A stretch of DNA of 64,000 nt, taken from assembly GCA_964234715.1 (NCBI GenBank), contig OZ174275.1. One strand, 5' to 3'. The translations under genes and the position numbers were made by a program. The stretch's first letter is position 1. Each line of letters begins with the position of its first letter. The stretch is from Podarcis melisellensis. Its lineage: Eukaryota. The notes beneath the pieces are model-generated. The model was not told where the DNA came from, made no database searches, and saw only the letters and a program-made list of their open reading frames with translations. This document shows, piece by piece, positions 27,183 through 40,870 of the stretch.

Positions 27183-29005
27183 GTCTGTTCTAGCCTTCCT
27201 CTTTTCTTTAGTTGTTTTTATTTTTTTGGTAACTGTGAAAATAGCTGTGGTGGAAACCTGTCAGCAGAGCATGCAGATGATGTTCTGTGCACAGTCATTT
27301 CCATATAGAACGTACCTGAATATAATTTTATGGGAAGCATAAGAACAACATGGTTTTTGCATGCAGTCATAGTGTAGCTTTTCTCTAAATGTTTTATGAC
27401 TGGACAACTTGCACAATCTTTCTCCAGAATAGAGATTTCCCAATTCCTCCCCCCCCCCCCCAATCCTCATTTTGACAGCAGTTCCAACACTACAAAAATG
27501 GATATTCTGCCCATACAAGTGGCTGCTTCCACAGGCAGTGTAATGTGGGACCGACCAGCTTGTATCAGCTTGCTCCTTCCCTTTCATGGCCTGAAAGAAT
27601 TACAACTTGTGATTTTTTTTCAATTCATGCAAGGGAACAGAAGAGCTCATATTAATCTGCTGTGCTAATGTTACATCCTTCACATGAATAGCCTGCTCAT
27701 GTGGACAGTGCCTTGTGCATTGGATTCCAGTGCCTCATTTGAGCCAACTCTTTAGTGTTGCAAAAGGCCAGGTACAATTAGCAGATGGAGAGACAAGGGT
27801 TCGTAATGTTTCATTGCTCTTTGGCATTAAAAGGAGTAGAGGCCTACTAACCAAGCATGAGAGAATGTGGCTTTGAGCAGATATCAGTAGTTGGTTTTGT
27901 TTCTGGGTAGATGTGTGTTTGGTTACATAATTTCTGAAGAACATGTGTGAGAGTTGGGGTGATTAAACTGCCGGCGAGGACAGGAACAACTGTTTTCTTC
28001 TGCTCTTGGTCTTCTAAGCAGAGTTCACATTGAAAGGGTAAAGAACTCAAGGTGCATCTTTTGTTCCTGCCCTTATTGTTTCCCTTTCTCCGAGATCTCA
28101 TTTATCTGGCTCAAGTAGCTGCAGTAGGAGGAAAAATTCAAAGCTCAGTAGTCAAGCACATGATTTACATGTTGACAGTAGTATGATTCAATTCCAGGAA
28201 CTGCTAGTTAAAAGGAATTCAGAGCTGGAAAAGATCACTACCTTTTGACTTATGAAAACTGATGCCAGGCAGGGTTGACCAGGGGAACGGACAATGTGGT
28301 ACCCTCCAGATGTTGCTGAATTAGAACTCACACCATCTCTGATCACTGGCCATGCTGGCTGGGGCTGTTGGGAGTGTCCACTGTCATCTGGAAGACACCG
28401 CATTGGCTGTCTCTGGGATACATGGTACTGTGGTATATTAACAATTGTTCTGACTAGGATATGGCAAGGATAAGGACAAGTTCCTGGCCACTGTATATTC
28501 TGTTGCAGGAATGCAATGGCAAGAAATGACTGGCCTTTCTTCCATGCATCCCTAGATCCTCACCTCAGCAAGCCATAGCTTGTATATAAATGTTAAATAA
28601 TTCTTAACACCTTTGCTTTTCAAAGTTGCATACAGATAATGTAATGGTGTGTTTTTTAAAGACTGCATTCCAGAATAAATCAACTATCACCTTCTGGAAT
28701 AAAGATCAAGATGTACAATCTCCCACTAGCAGTGTTATGCTTTTGCTTTTCTACTGGAATCAGCCAATTTTTTCCACATAGCATTTTCTCTCATATCATA
28801 CCCATTCCCAAGATGATGGATGTGTGTGACTGCAGTCTGAGTTTCTCAGTGTTTTCTCATGCACGTCAACATCCTTCAGAGGTCAAATGAGAAAAGAAGC
28901 TCATGTCACAGTTCAGTGGTTCCTCTGTGTTTTATTCTTCTGATTCACTTGTCAAAAGGGTAACTGTTGTGCTTGGGGGTGGGGGGTGTTGTTTACTGCC
29001 CACAG

Positions 29006-29120
29006 GCCTGCACACTAGCACGAAGGAATGCAGAAGTGTTTCTCAAGTACATTCACCGAAACAACGTCAGCATGCCAGGGGGGGTGAGCCATACGAGGGG
29101 ACCTGAGCAACAAGTCAAAG
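29006..29120 (+). CDS. KALRN: Kalirin coding exon (spectrin repeats)
   Basis: CACAG acceptor; ACTLARRNAEVFLKYIHRNNVSMPGGVSHTRGPEQQVK; AAG|GTCAGT donor; 115 nt, phase 0 to 1. Confidence 0.97.
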
Positions 29121-31016
29121 GTCAGTGTATTTGTTGGGGAGATGCATTAATGGAATAGCAGCTTGGCTTTAGAAATGTACCACACACCCATGGATGACAC
29201 TTGTGCTCACCACTGATGCTTCCTTACACCGGATTAAATTTGCCACATAATAATTACAGGTGCACCTTTTCTGCTGAACAGAATAAGATTAGAATACAAG
29301 CAGATGGTATGAAAATGGCAGCATCTTTTTCATTTCTGCGCTGGCTCAGAAATCTTAGGAGTGGATCTAATGAAGTGTTTTGCATATAAATTTACCAGTG
29401 TGCCATCACCTGTCATTAGAACAATAGAAATTCCATTAAATCTATAGGCAATACTTCTCCTATTAGTATGTTTAGAGTATTTTTTAAAGTAGTAGTCATT
29501 AAGATCCTTTCTCTATTGCCCCTATCACGTGCTTCTCTCATATCAATCCATACTTTAAGCCTCCACTTCAAATTGTGTCAGGGTGTGGGTACTAAAATCA
29601 TAGCAGGTTCAAGCTTCTTTAAAACTATCTCATTTTACTACCCATGATCTAAGTGATGCCCTAGTAGTCATTTGATTTTTTTAAAAAAAGCAAAAGAGGT
29701 AAGAGGAGAGCAGTGATGGATTTGTAGGAAGGGGAAGGTTACTGTGCATATACAGATTCCTTCTTATTTCCAGACTGCCTACAGGTGTAAAAGAGAAACC
29801 ATCCCATCTGATTCAGAGCTTAGTTATGGAATCTGAAAGCAATTAATTACTAATCTAATTTGGGGTGGTGGTGGGGGGGAGAAAGACTGAAAATGTGGGC
29901 AGTTTAGCTACTAAGAGCTGCAGTAAATAGTATTTCCTTCGCTTGAAAGGACAATCCCTTAACTCCTTCCACTTCAGGAAGCAGTGGGCAGAAAGTGTCT
30001 GTCTCATACTACATTCAAGGACAGAACAAGTTATTATACTGGGTTTGTTTGTTTTTTGGCATTTGGAGCTATTGCAGAGTATTAATCAGGCTTCCATACC
30101 ACCCTTCTTCCAAGACAAGCAAAAATTGAAATTCACAACGTGGTCACTTTTCTCAGAGTTCAATGTCTGCTTCTCTTTCTTAGCTATTTAGCTACAGTGA
30201 CCAATAGAATGACCTTCTTATGCTTGCCTCTTTCATATGTTCAAATGAACATGGGCTGCTGTGGTGATGATACATTCTTGGAGGAGCCTGGGGTGATGCA
30301 TCCCCTGCTTTCTTTTGTAGCTGTAATCCACCAGTTGCTAATCTGTTCCTTGATTCTGTGAGGAGCTGATAAAAATGAACTAAAGTAAATCTGCAGAACT
30401 AAGCCATTTTTCATCTCTGATTGGATTACTTTTAGAGCTGTAGAAAAGAACAGATCAATGACAGTGGAGGGCAATAATAATTATGTAGTTTGATACTGAG
30501 TGCGCCATACAGTTGCTATCACTAAAGGGGTTGAAAATGCTGCTGCCTAACATAAAATCTGTACTTTAAAAATCTATATTTCTTTGGTTAATATTGCTCA
30601 AGAACTCAAAAAAAGAGTCTGCACTCGTATACATGAGTATCTTTTTTTAAAAAAAATGCACACACAATTAAGCTGGGTTCTTAAGATACAGTTTTAGGGA
30701 GAAGGCTTACTAAAATATATGGAACTGTTTATACATGTTAAGCAACAGACATAAACTTTAGGCAGCCTCTCACATTGCCATTTTAAGACATAAGATCTTT
30801 CCTATGAGGAGGCAAGCAAGGAGAGGAGGCTACTTTACACAGTGGACATAGGTCCTCTTATTATTTTTATAAATATATTTCTATACCACTGTATCATAAA
30901 AATATAACACAGCAGTTTACAACAATATAAAAACCAACCAATAACACCATAAAAGTAAAAATACTACCACATTTACAAAACTAAGCTGGGTCCAGTATGG
31001 TTTCAAATGGGGACTG

Positions 31017-31094
31017 CAGTTGAGATTCCTGCATTGCATAAGGTTGGACTAAATGACCCTAGGGTCCCTTCCAACGCTTATGATTCTGTGATTC
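31017..31094 (+). mobile_element. CR1 3' terminal fragment
   Basis: gagattcctgcattgca...ggtcccttccaac...tatgattctgtgattc. Confidence 0.85.
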
Positions 31095-32116
31095 AGGATT
31101 AAAACAAAAAACCAATATCAATAGACCATTGTAGGGGATATACACTTAATTAGTTACTAATTATTGCCTTAATTAGTAAGCTTGGCTGTGACAGACAGAA
31201 AAAGCTGGGACATTCTCTTTCACTCGCCCCATAGAAATTTATTTAACTGAAGCTTGCACAGAAGAATCTGTTGATAATCCTCCCTATTAATTAGTGAACC
31301 AGAATATGAGTTGAATTTGCCCCCTTAGCCACCAAAATGTCCTGGACTGGTCCTTGCTTGTACCTCAAAAGAATCCCGTTGGAATGTTTCATTTGTGAGT
31401 CTAGAGACAGCTCAAGGATATGTACCACAAGAACCTCTTGCAGCCCACTTTTCAGAGTTTCAATTCTAAGAAATCAATAATGTGAGCTGAGCATTCTGAA
31501 AAATTCATAGGACTGATTTTAGGGGAGGCTTTGGTGACCTAAAATTGTAATACCATTGAACAAAAAAAGAGATGCCTCTCTGGAATAGAATAGCAGAATC
31601 GTCAAATACCTTTTGTTTTAGTATAGTATGTTCACCCCAGGCCTAAGACATCATTGACTGTGCTCCAAATAAATGTTGTATAAGTGAGCAGGTGAGTGTG
31701 GGAAGTACAAGGTAGACATTTGTGAGTCTGGCCACTATTGGCGCCAAGGCATGGTGCTTGTTCCTTCTGCATTTATGAGGATACATTTAATGACTGGGTA
31801 TCTAAACTGTTGTCAGCTGTATGACTTGTAATTGTTCCCCCACTCCTGTGGCTTGGGCTTTGAACAGTGTGGTCTGAAGTGCTCTGCACTGTATCTGTAT
31901 CTATGTGTTGGGAATATAATATTTTTTCTGTTAATTTTTGTCCACACACCCTTAGTGAGCCCCTTGTGTTAAGCACTGCCCACTCTCTGCTATTTTGTTT
32001 TTTTTTCAGTTGACTCTGAAGTGCTAGGGAGCTTATATCACTGTGATGGAGTAGCAAGTTGAATTTGCATTGCACTGAGCCACTGAGGGTAACGACCATT
32101 CTCCTTTTCTCCGCAG

Positions 32117-32232
32117 CCATTCTGAGTGAGCTGCTGCAGAGAGAGAACAGAGTTCTTCACTTCTGGACCTTGAAGAAACGGCGATTAGATCAGTGCCAGC
32201 AGTATGTGGTCTTTGAGCGTAGTGCTAAGCAG
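32117..32232 (+). CDS. KALRN: Kalirin coding exon (spectrin repeats)
   Basis: CGCAG acceptor; (A)ILSELLQRENRVLHFWTLKKRRLDQCQQYVVFERSAKQ; CAG|GTAGCT donor; 116 nt, phase 1 to 0. Confidence 0.97.
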
Positions 32233-32344
32233 GTAGCTTAATAAAACTCTGCTTTCCCCTCTTGTTCTGTTGTTACGGCTGACAGGTAATAATGGACTGT
32301 GTAATAGATTAGTTGTGGGAAGGGTTGTATCTCAGGGACTGCAG

Positions 32345-32535
32345 ACTTTGCATTATGAGACCCCATGTTCAATCCTTCGCATCAATCAAGATTGGAAAAC
32401 TTTTTGTTATGAGATGCCATGTTCAATCCTTTGCATCAGCCAACACTGGTAATGACCCTGGAGAGTTAGTTTGAAACCTGACATTAGTTGAAACTGACAG
32501 TGTGAGCTGGATAGGCCATTGGCCTGAATAAAGCT
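32345..32535 (+). mobile_element. Degenerate Squam3-like SINE with duplicated head segment
   Basis: ttatgaga..ccatgttcaatcctt.gcatca occurs twice, followed by accctggagag...gagctggataggccattggcctga. Confidence 0.5.
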
Positions 32536-32844
32536 GCCAGACTGCAAACCAGAAATAAACATTTTGCCTTGTACATGCTGAATGCTGTGGGAGAAATTGT
32601 TAACTGCTCCCACCTGTTTCTTTCCTGGGTCTCCTAGCAGTTGGTCTCAGACCTCATCTGTTGTAGGGCAAAACAGAAGTTCTCCTTGTTTCAGTAGATG
32701 GAGAAGAAGGGTGAGCCAATATACCCGGGGGGTGGGGGGAGGCAGATGTGACGAGAAGCCTAACATTGGCAACCTCTCACACTGCGTCTGCACTGCAGTG
32801 ATCTCTGGTCTGAAGTCTTGTAAGACTACTACAGTCAAGATCAA

Positions 32845-32928
32845 GCAAGGAGTCTCATAACACCTTAAAGACTAACAAATTATTACCTCTTCAGCTATTG
32901 TGAGCTCACGCCTGCTTTACCAGATGCA
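32845..32928 (-). mobile_element. Degenerate Penelope-like terminal fragment
   Basis: caccttaaagactaacaaat...gtgagctcac...cagatgca matches the reverse complement of the PLE terminus; hammerhead core decayed. Confidence 0.6.
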
Positions 32929-33219
32929 AGGAAAAATATATTGTGTGTAAATGTCTGTGACCACATAAAATTCAAGGCAGTGGACAATCAGTCCCTACTG
33001 TTCTACATTTTGCTTGCTTGTTTACTGTGTAAAGTGTTGTTAGACTTGAATTTGAGGCCTGCTTTTCAGGCTTCTTCTTTTCTGAGGGATAGTGGTGCTC
33101 TTCAACTGCAAAAGAACTTGAATAATTAATTTTGAAATATGCCAATGAGAACTGGTTGCATGGGTGAAAGCAAGTCACCTTGTTTTTGTTCATTTGGTCC
33201 CCCACCCTCCCATTTGTAG

Positions 33220-33342
33220 GCCTTAGACTGGATTCAGGAAACAGGAGAGTATTATCTTTCTACTCACAACTCTACGGGGGAATCAGCAGAAGAAACTCAG
33301 GAACTTCTGAAAGAATATGGAGAATTCAAAGTACCAGCCAAG
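33220..33342 (+). CDS. KALRN: Kalirin coding exon (last spectrin repeat region)
   Basis: TGTAG acceptor; ALDWIQETGEYYLSTHNSTGESAEETQELLKEYGEFKVPAK; AAG|GTAAAC donor; 123 nt. Translated by hand. Confidence 0.97.
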
Positions 33343-34384
33343 GTAAACCCTACTATTGATTTTATAATTTCATGAGCTTCCTTTGGTAGTTTCAGTTAAG
33401 GAAATGTAGTAAATGTATACAACTCACAGGATTTAGTCTCAGTTACACTATTACTTATCTACATGCATCATTTATTACTAAATAAATGTATAACATGCTA
33501 TATTTAATAGCTCTGAATGTTATAAATGCACCCCCCCCCCATTTTGAACTCTATGGCTGAGATCCAAAAAAAATACTAAGAATGCAATCTTATGTGTGTC
33601 AAGTCCCATTGAGTGTATATAGGATTGCAGACTGAGGCTTACAGAAGGGGCCTGTTTTCCTTTGGAAGCTCACTCCATGCATTATCACAAACGTCTTTTA
33701 AAACTCACTTCAAATCCAAAAGGAGCTTGTGACGTGGCATGGAGAACAATTTCTTGAGGAAAACAACTCTGAAGCCCCCTTTTGCTAATGGAGCTAGTTT
33801 CAGAGTTCTCTTGTATACTGACCAATGATATTAATTATTTCTAAAGAACTACCAAACTTCAGAATGACCTCAGAATATTCTGCCCTTATTTTCTAAATTC
33901 CAATATCTGCCTGTTTGGGGACATCAAGCTCTGCAGTCTCCCTGCTATCACTTTGTACCCACATCCCCATGCTCATCTCTTCCTGACAAGTTCCATTCCT
34001 GTCTGCCGCAGTGTCCATTTGAAGAGAAATTCTGACCAAGCAGGTCAAAATTAACACCCATAAGCAGAATGGTGCTATTACTCTCTGCTCACATTACCAC
34101 TTTTGAAAGATTGCTTCAGAACCAAACAATTCTGCAAAGTATTGTAACCTGTAACAACTAAGTTCCATTGAGTAGTAGTGAGTGGCAGTGGGAAATTCAG
34201 AACCATTTTAGATAATAAATGAAAAGATTGCACTCCACCTACACTATGTCTCCAAAGATCTCAGGAACATTTTGTGTTAGTAATGCTTGTGAAGAATACG
34301 AGGTCCATATGGTTATTATGTGAATGAAAATTGAACAAAATGTCCATGGAAGATATGATAACCAAGGAAAACTCTTTTGGGCAG

Positions 34385-34567
34385 CAAACCAAGGAGAAAG
34401 TGAAGCTTCTCATTCAGCTGGCTGATAGCTTTGTAGAGAAAGGGCATACTCATGCCACTGAAATTAGGAAATGGGTTACCACCGTCGACAAACGCTATCG
34501 GGACTTTTCACTGAGGATGGGGAAATACCGCTACTCTTTGGAAAAAGCTCTTGGAATCAATACAGAG
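34385..34567 (+). CDS. KALRN: Kalirin coding exon (last spectrin repeat region)
   Basis: GGCAG acceptor with weak pyrimidine tract; QTKEKVKLLIQLADSFVEKGHTHATEIRKWVTTVDKRYRDFSLRMGKYRYSLEKALGINTE; GAG|GTACTG donor; 183 nt. Confidence 0.96.
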
Positions 34568-35903
34568 GTACTGTAAGTCACATGTTTTGCTGACATACTT
34601 TAAACAAATGAAAAAACCTAAGAGGAATTAGAACTGTCATATGTGAAAATACTTTCATGCATTACATAGCCAGCCTTAGCTTGCAGTGGCATAACACAGA
34701 GCACACTAGGTGTGGATTTTGTGACACAAATTTGTTCCTTTGTGACACAAAGGCTAGACAAGATGACAGGGAAATGATTGGTTGGGTGCCCAGGAAGTTG
34801 CTATAAGGAGTAATCAAGTAGACTTCCAGGTATAAATTCATGTAGATGATGATCAGTCAACATAAGACAAAATGGTAATTCATTCAAAATAGCAGGGCAA
34901 ATCAATGATTAATCTGTAATTAATTCCTAGCTGGTGCTACTTGTGAAAAGCTGCTGACTTTACTGGGCTGCACATGGCCTGTTACAAGGCTTTTCATGTT
35001 TCTGGCACTGGCCTTGTGTATGTACATGTTTGACTTGAGTCCCACAGAGCTAAATGGTTGCTATTCTGGGTAAATCTACTGTTTTGCAGCCCATTCTGTT
35101 ACGGCCAGCAGGACATGTGAAGAGCGGATTTAGGTTACCATGTATAAGCCAGGGCAATGTTAACTTTTAATTATTGCCTCAAAAATTCACTTCAGAACCA
35201 TTCAAGTGAGAAAGAGGGATTGGATCCTAATTTCCATATGTGAGTTCCTCTGACAGTCACCTTCACCTTCTTGCTATGGCCATTTTGGCTCCTAAAAATC
35301 TGCTCCTGAAGATTGGGAGGCCTTCTGGAATAGGATGGGATGCCATGAAGCTGACTGCAGCAGAAAGAGGGGATTGGCAAAATGGGGCACTTACCTAGTG
35401 CAAGCAAAAGTGTGCTTCTACTCACAGGGGTCAAAGCCAGTGTTTTTATTCAGATCTGGTTCATTTGAATGAATAATGCAATAAAAATGTGCCAAATAAA
35501 TATCATTTATGAAATTTGAGCAAATGCTGTCATTTGGGGAAAGTAGAGTACAACCCTCAGAGGCAATATTGCAGAGCAGACAAAATGTGTCTGCTTGCTG
35601 CCACCACTGATGTGTCCCAGGATTCCCATGAGGAAAGTCATCCCCTTCCTGAAGTCAAATGAGAGGAAGGGTTACTGACGAAGCCTAGAAAATTGGTTGG
35701 GGGAAAGGACTGAAACCCTCCTACCACCTGCCAAATATGTGATGCATTTAGCCAGTCATTGGTAGATCTGTATGTGCAGCTGTTTGTTTCTTTTTCTTTT
35801 TCTTTTCTTCCAGTCCTATAGCCTTTTCTTTCACTTTGTAGTTATGCTTACTTTTACAAAGCATAGAAATGTGTTTTAAATCCAAGACACTACTCTTTTT
35901 CAG

Positions 35904-36022
35904 GATAACAAGGACCTGGAATTAGACATCATTCCAGCAAGTCTGTCAGATCGCGAAGTCAAGCTGCGTGATGCCAATCACGAAGCTAATGAAGAAAAAA
36001 GGAAGTCAGCCAGAAAGAAAGA
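35904..36022 (+). CDS. KALRN: Kalirin coding exon (spectrin-to-DH linker)
   Basis: TTCAG acceptor; DNKDLELDIIPASLSDREVKLRDANHEANEEKRKSARKK(E); GA|GTAAGT donor; 119 nt, phase 0 to 2. Confidence 0.97.
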
Positions 36023-36306
36023 GTAAGTGGTGGGAAATGGGCACCTCACAAAACATAGCACATGAATGACAAACAGCAGCAGTTCCATGTGAACAATTCA
36101 CCAAGCCCACCTATTTGTGAGGCAGGTGAGATATCCTTGCAGGAATGTTATGCAAACAAAAGACCAGAGTTTGGAGAGAAGTAAGATATGTGGGATAAGT
36201 CCATGCCTGATAAATTAAAAACATAATTGTTTTTTCTCTCTATGTGTGTGTAACTAAATGCTAATTTATTCTTATTTATCAAGATAGAAACTCATATTTA
36301 TATAAC

Positions 36307-36761
36307 TGTCAGGGAACTGCCATTGGCTCAGGAGCAAGAGGGGAAAAGGTGGATTGATTACAGAGAGCCCCCAGAGATTGTGGGAAGCAGCACTTCCTCA
36401 GCGGAGGAAGGCAGCCATGGCTCTAGTGGGGAGGAGGTGCAGGGCTTGGAGGAGGCGAGGCGGTGCCAGGACACCTTGCCTGAGCAAAGCGGGGAGGAGG
36501 GTGGTCCCCCATTACCCAGGCCTTCCTTGCGCAGTAAGCTTTTGTGCAGAGAGGGGAGGCACAGACTGGGGGTCAAGAATCTACTCTGCTGGAGAAGATT
36601 TAAGGACTGCCCACTCTCAGATTCTGCCAGTGAATGAGCAAGACATGGAAAAGAGGCGCTCTGCATTCTAAAGGTTTTTACCACCAATAAGAAAGCTTTA
36701 GAACAGACTATTGAGGCATATTGCTTGATTGCTCTCGAGCAACCAACCAATACCTCCAACA
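36307..36761 (+). mobile_element. Solo LTR, gypsy-like
   Basis: TG...CA termini (TGTCAGG...CCAACA) flanked by a 5-bp TSD ATAAC (36302-36306 and 36762-36766). Confidence 0.85.
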
Positions 36762-37016
36762 ATAACCACAACAAGATTAACAACATTTATACTTGATTCT
36801 AGAAATTTATTGAATTATGCAAGTATTATGCAAATTACATAAAAATGCAGAGATGGCTACAATACATAAATCTTCAAACATGATATGATACATTCTAAAT
36901 GTATTTCCATAATCAGGGAGAAAATACAAATATGCTAGAAACGAAGAACTAATGTAAACTGATGGGAAGGGAGAAATGGCTTGAGGAATTACATTTTATT
37001 TACTTATTAACACTTG

Positions 37017-37184
37017 CCGTACTTTTACGTGTATAAGACTGGGTTTTTTTTACTTTAAAATAAGGTTAAAAATCTGGGGTCATCTTATACACAGATAGTG
37101 CATATGCCCATTTTCTAAATTTGGGGTCCCCAAAAGTAGGCGGCGTCTTAGACATAGGGATGTCTTATACAAGGAAACATAAAG
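37017..37184. mobile_element. Tc1/mariner-type MITE, degenerate
   Basis: TIR CCGTACTTTTACGTGTATAAGAC versus GTCTTATACAAGGAAACATAAAG; repeated subterminal TCTTATAC motifs. Confidence 0.65.
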
Positions 37185-37536
37185 TATATCTCACTTTTCC
37201 TCCAAAGAGCTCAAGGCAGTATACACAATTTCCTTTCCCCAATTTTATCTCTGCAGCAATTCTGTGAGATAACTTAAACTGAGATAGTGTCTGGCGCAAT
37301 CCAATGTCACCCAGTGTGCTTTGTGGCTTAGCGTAGATTTGACTGGATATCACCAGTCCCAGGCTGATTACTACATCATAGAGGAGATACTTAAGTTCTC
37401 TTTTCATACATTACAAAAAACTGGAGAAAGCAGAATAGTGTCCACACTTGCTTATTGCATGCATGAAGCATTCCCCACACTTCCAGTTTGTAATCCCTCC
37501 ATCCCTTAACATGAATGCTTTTCTAATTTGGAAATG

Positions 37537-37640
37537 ATAGAATTGTTAAGTTGGAAGGGACCACAAGGGTCATCTAGTCCAACCCCCTGCAATGCAGGAA
37601 TCTTTTGTCCAATGTGGGGCTTGAACCCATGACCTTAAAA
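37537..37640 (-). mobile_element. tRNA-head/CR1-tail SINE, 5'-truncated (lacertid P.s.1/POM-type)
   Basis: Minus strand reads B-box-like GGGTTCAAGCCCCAC joined to the CR1 tail agattcctgcattgcagggggttggactagatgacc...ccttccaac. Confidence 0.75.
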
Positions 37641-37829
37641 TGTTATAATACATGATGAGATGGTCACATAAACAATATTTTATTCTTTCATTTACAATGT
37701 ATAATTTAGGCAGCCCAGAAAGATAACAACTACAATATTCTGTACACTTACTTTCAGCAAATATCCATAGCATTGGTCTACGTAACATTGAAAGTATTTT
37801 TCTTTCTTTCTTACGAAGTTCGTGTTTAA

Positions 37830-37937
<108 letters not shown>

Positions 37938-38670
37938 TAAAGACGCTGTACTGTTTCTGATGGCTGGTGGTCATAATAACTACCACCATGATGTGGTGTT
38001 GTGGTCTTCAGTTACGGCAGGGTTTTCAAGGATTATAAACTTGCCTGGATGTAATAGTAGATGAGACCTGTGTGGAGGTTTGCTGTACTGTGCAGGCTGG
38101 TTCATGATGTTTGTGTTTCAACAATCTGAAAATGCAAACGCCTTCGATATTTTCTACAGGTAGAATGGAAGGTGGGTGCAATGTATGTGTTCTAAACTGA
38201 TATATTACTCTTGCTGTATACATGCAACACCATAAGTAATAGACAGCTTTTAATGTTATATTTTTAAATTGTTTGTGGTGAAGCGTGGGTAAGAAATGTA
38301 ATTATTATTATTAATTTGTGTGCGAAGACAAAAAGCTAACGTTCAGTTTGGACCTCAGAAAAAGGTTTTGTATGCATAGCAAAAAAAAAAAAAGGAAAGA
38401 AAGAAAAGGTTATGGTAACTGAACCTTTGAACTAGCTGAAGGTGTGTCTGAACATCAAAGCATCTATCTTTAAATTTGTTGAGATATTTCTTATCACTTA
38501 AACATCCACATTAATTGTTTTGGTTTATTAGTTGTGTTGGTTTTTATTATTATCTTTTAGCTTAAAGCTCCATGTTTTCTGAGATATTCTGTGCCTTTGG
38601 CAAGAAAACTAGATCTTTTCTTTTGTTGTGCACTTCTTCTCTGTGTTTAAGAACTGCTGTTGTCTTCTAG

Positions 38671-38780
38671 ACCTATCTTTGGGAAATGACAAGTGGCGTA
38701 GAGGAGATACCCCCAGGGATTCTTAACAAAGAGCACATAATTTTTGGCAACATCCAGGAGATTTATGACTTTCATAATAA
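38671..38780 (+). CDS. KALRN: Kalirin coding exon (DH/GEF1)
   Basis: TCTAG acceptor; [36 protein letters not shown](N); AA|GTACGT donor; 110 nt, phase 0 to 2. Confidence 0.96.
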
Positions 38781-39882
38781 GTACGTATTCTTCAACACTT
38801 TGAGAAAGGTACCCTTTTGGAAGCTTACCCTGTTTTGCAAAGCCAGGAACCAGCATTGAAGCCAAGTGCTCCTCTCCTCCGGCATCACACACTGGATCTG
38901 GTGGATAGACCCTGGCTTATTATTTAACAGTAAGCTACAGTTCCCTGGTTCAGACATAACAAGAACAAGCCAGGATCTTCATGCTGAAACCAGTGTGCCC
39001 TGAGAGAGAGCAGAGGAGGGACATGGAGAGGAGTGCTCAGTCCCAATGCTCGTTCATAGCTTCATATATAATTGATTATGAAGTGTCAAACAATTTGCAG
39101 GAGTGGGCTAATGTGTGGCAAAAACAGGTGCTGAGCTATGGAGGAGGAAAATAACTGTGCTATAGATTTTAACATGAGAAATATTGGGCAGCCCTGGCCT
39201 ACCTGCTTATGCAGGCTGGAGACATGTTCTGTGCGATGACACTCCCCACTCTTCGGCTCAGACCTACAATGTCTAGCATGGTTCCCCATGAGGATCTTTC
39301 CAGTTGTGCCAAGTGTTTCTACACCAGAAATAAGACAGTTCAGGAATATCTAGTCCCAACTTTGAAACTCATGCTCTACATAATAAGGAAATTGGCATGG
39401 CAATTATGCTAAGTATTACAGCCAGGCATGTGTGGTCTGCTATGTGGATAAGGTAACCAACCATTCACCTACCATGAAATGTGACTAATTCTGTACAGAC
39501 TAATTCTGTACTAAAAGAAGAGTTGCTACTGAATGTCTCATAAAGAAAAAATCAAAGTGAATTTGAAAGGTCCTGCTCAGCTGAAACATCTATAGCAAGG
39601 ATAGGGAACACATGAGTTGTTGGTCTCCACAACTTCCATCAGTCCCACCCAGAACACACAGTGGTCAGGGATTATGGAAACTGAATCAAGTTTGTAGGAA
39701 TTTCAAGGGGAAGTGAAATAATTTCTTTAAGATTGAAATGTCAGAGGTTGAGGTTTGCACATCTGTAATCTACTGACAGATTTGCAGCAACATTTGAGAT
39801 GAATTTGGAGGGTCCTTTTTACTGTGAAATATATGAAAGCATTTTCCATCCTCCAGCACCTGCTTCTACTAGGTGGTTGTGA

Positions 39883-40131
<249 letters not shown>

Positions 40132-40870
40132 TAACAGGGACTGAGTAGCTTTAAGTAGGCCAAAGTAGTGGACTGTGCAGTTCTTCAGGCAGTACCTTGC
40201 TGAATGGTAATTGAACCTTTATAGACAGTTTTCCTCAAACATTAATTTCAGCCATCTAATAAGTCCGCTATTTGCAAAAGGTTGCAAATCATCACAGGGC
40301 ACCAGACTTCTGCCAATGGACAATCAGATCAATATAACACAAATGCAACTTAAAATTGTGAAATTCCAGGCTTCATCTGCTAATATAGATTTGTTTTGAT
40401 CAAATAACTTCTATGTACTAAGTACAAGTTTAAGAGAGATCCAGAATTTTTAAGGTGTACAGTACCATAGGTAACAGCAACATTTATATTTCAATTTTTA
40501 GAAAATTACACTTCCTAATTTAATTATTTCTAAGAACCTCATCTTATATATTGTGCAAGATATATTTCTGTGGCAAAAAGGACTTTTAAATAGACACTGA
40601 GATATGTCAGTGGGCACTATAGATAAAATTTTCAAAAGGACACACATTTAATTAATAGGAAAGGCAATCATGATTTTCTTGCAGATTTTTTTCTATTAGT
40701 CTAACATACTCTGTTATACTTTTTATTGTTCCTTTCATTTGCAGTACATTTCTAATTAGAGGGGACAGGCATTAAGTATTCATTTATTCTGTGGAAGTTG
40801 AATCGGAAATGGTGCAAGTACAACTCTTGATTATGTTGCCTTTCCCCCCTCTTGGCATTTATTTTCACAG

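Noticed and set aside
32885-32928. Second hammerhead ribozyme
   Set aside because: The core is mutated (minus strand reads CTGGTAA and CAATAGCT instead of CTGANGA and CGAAAGCT).
38781-38795. GTATTCTT resembling a U12 donor
   Set aside because: It lies 4 nt inside the intron and out of frame; the frame-preserving donor is U2-type AA|GTACGT.
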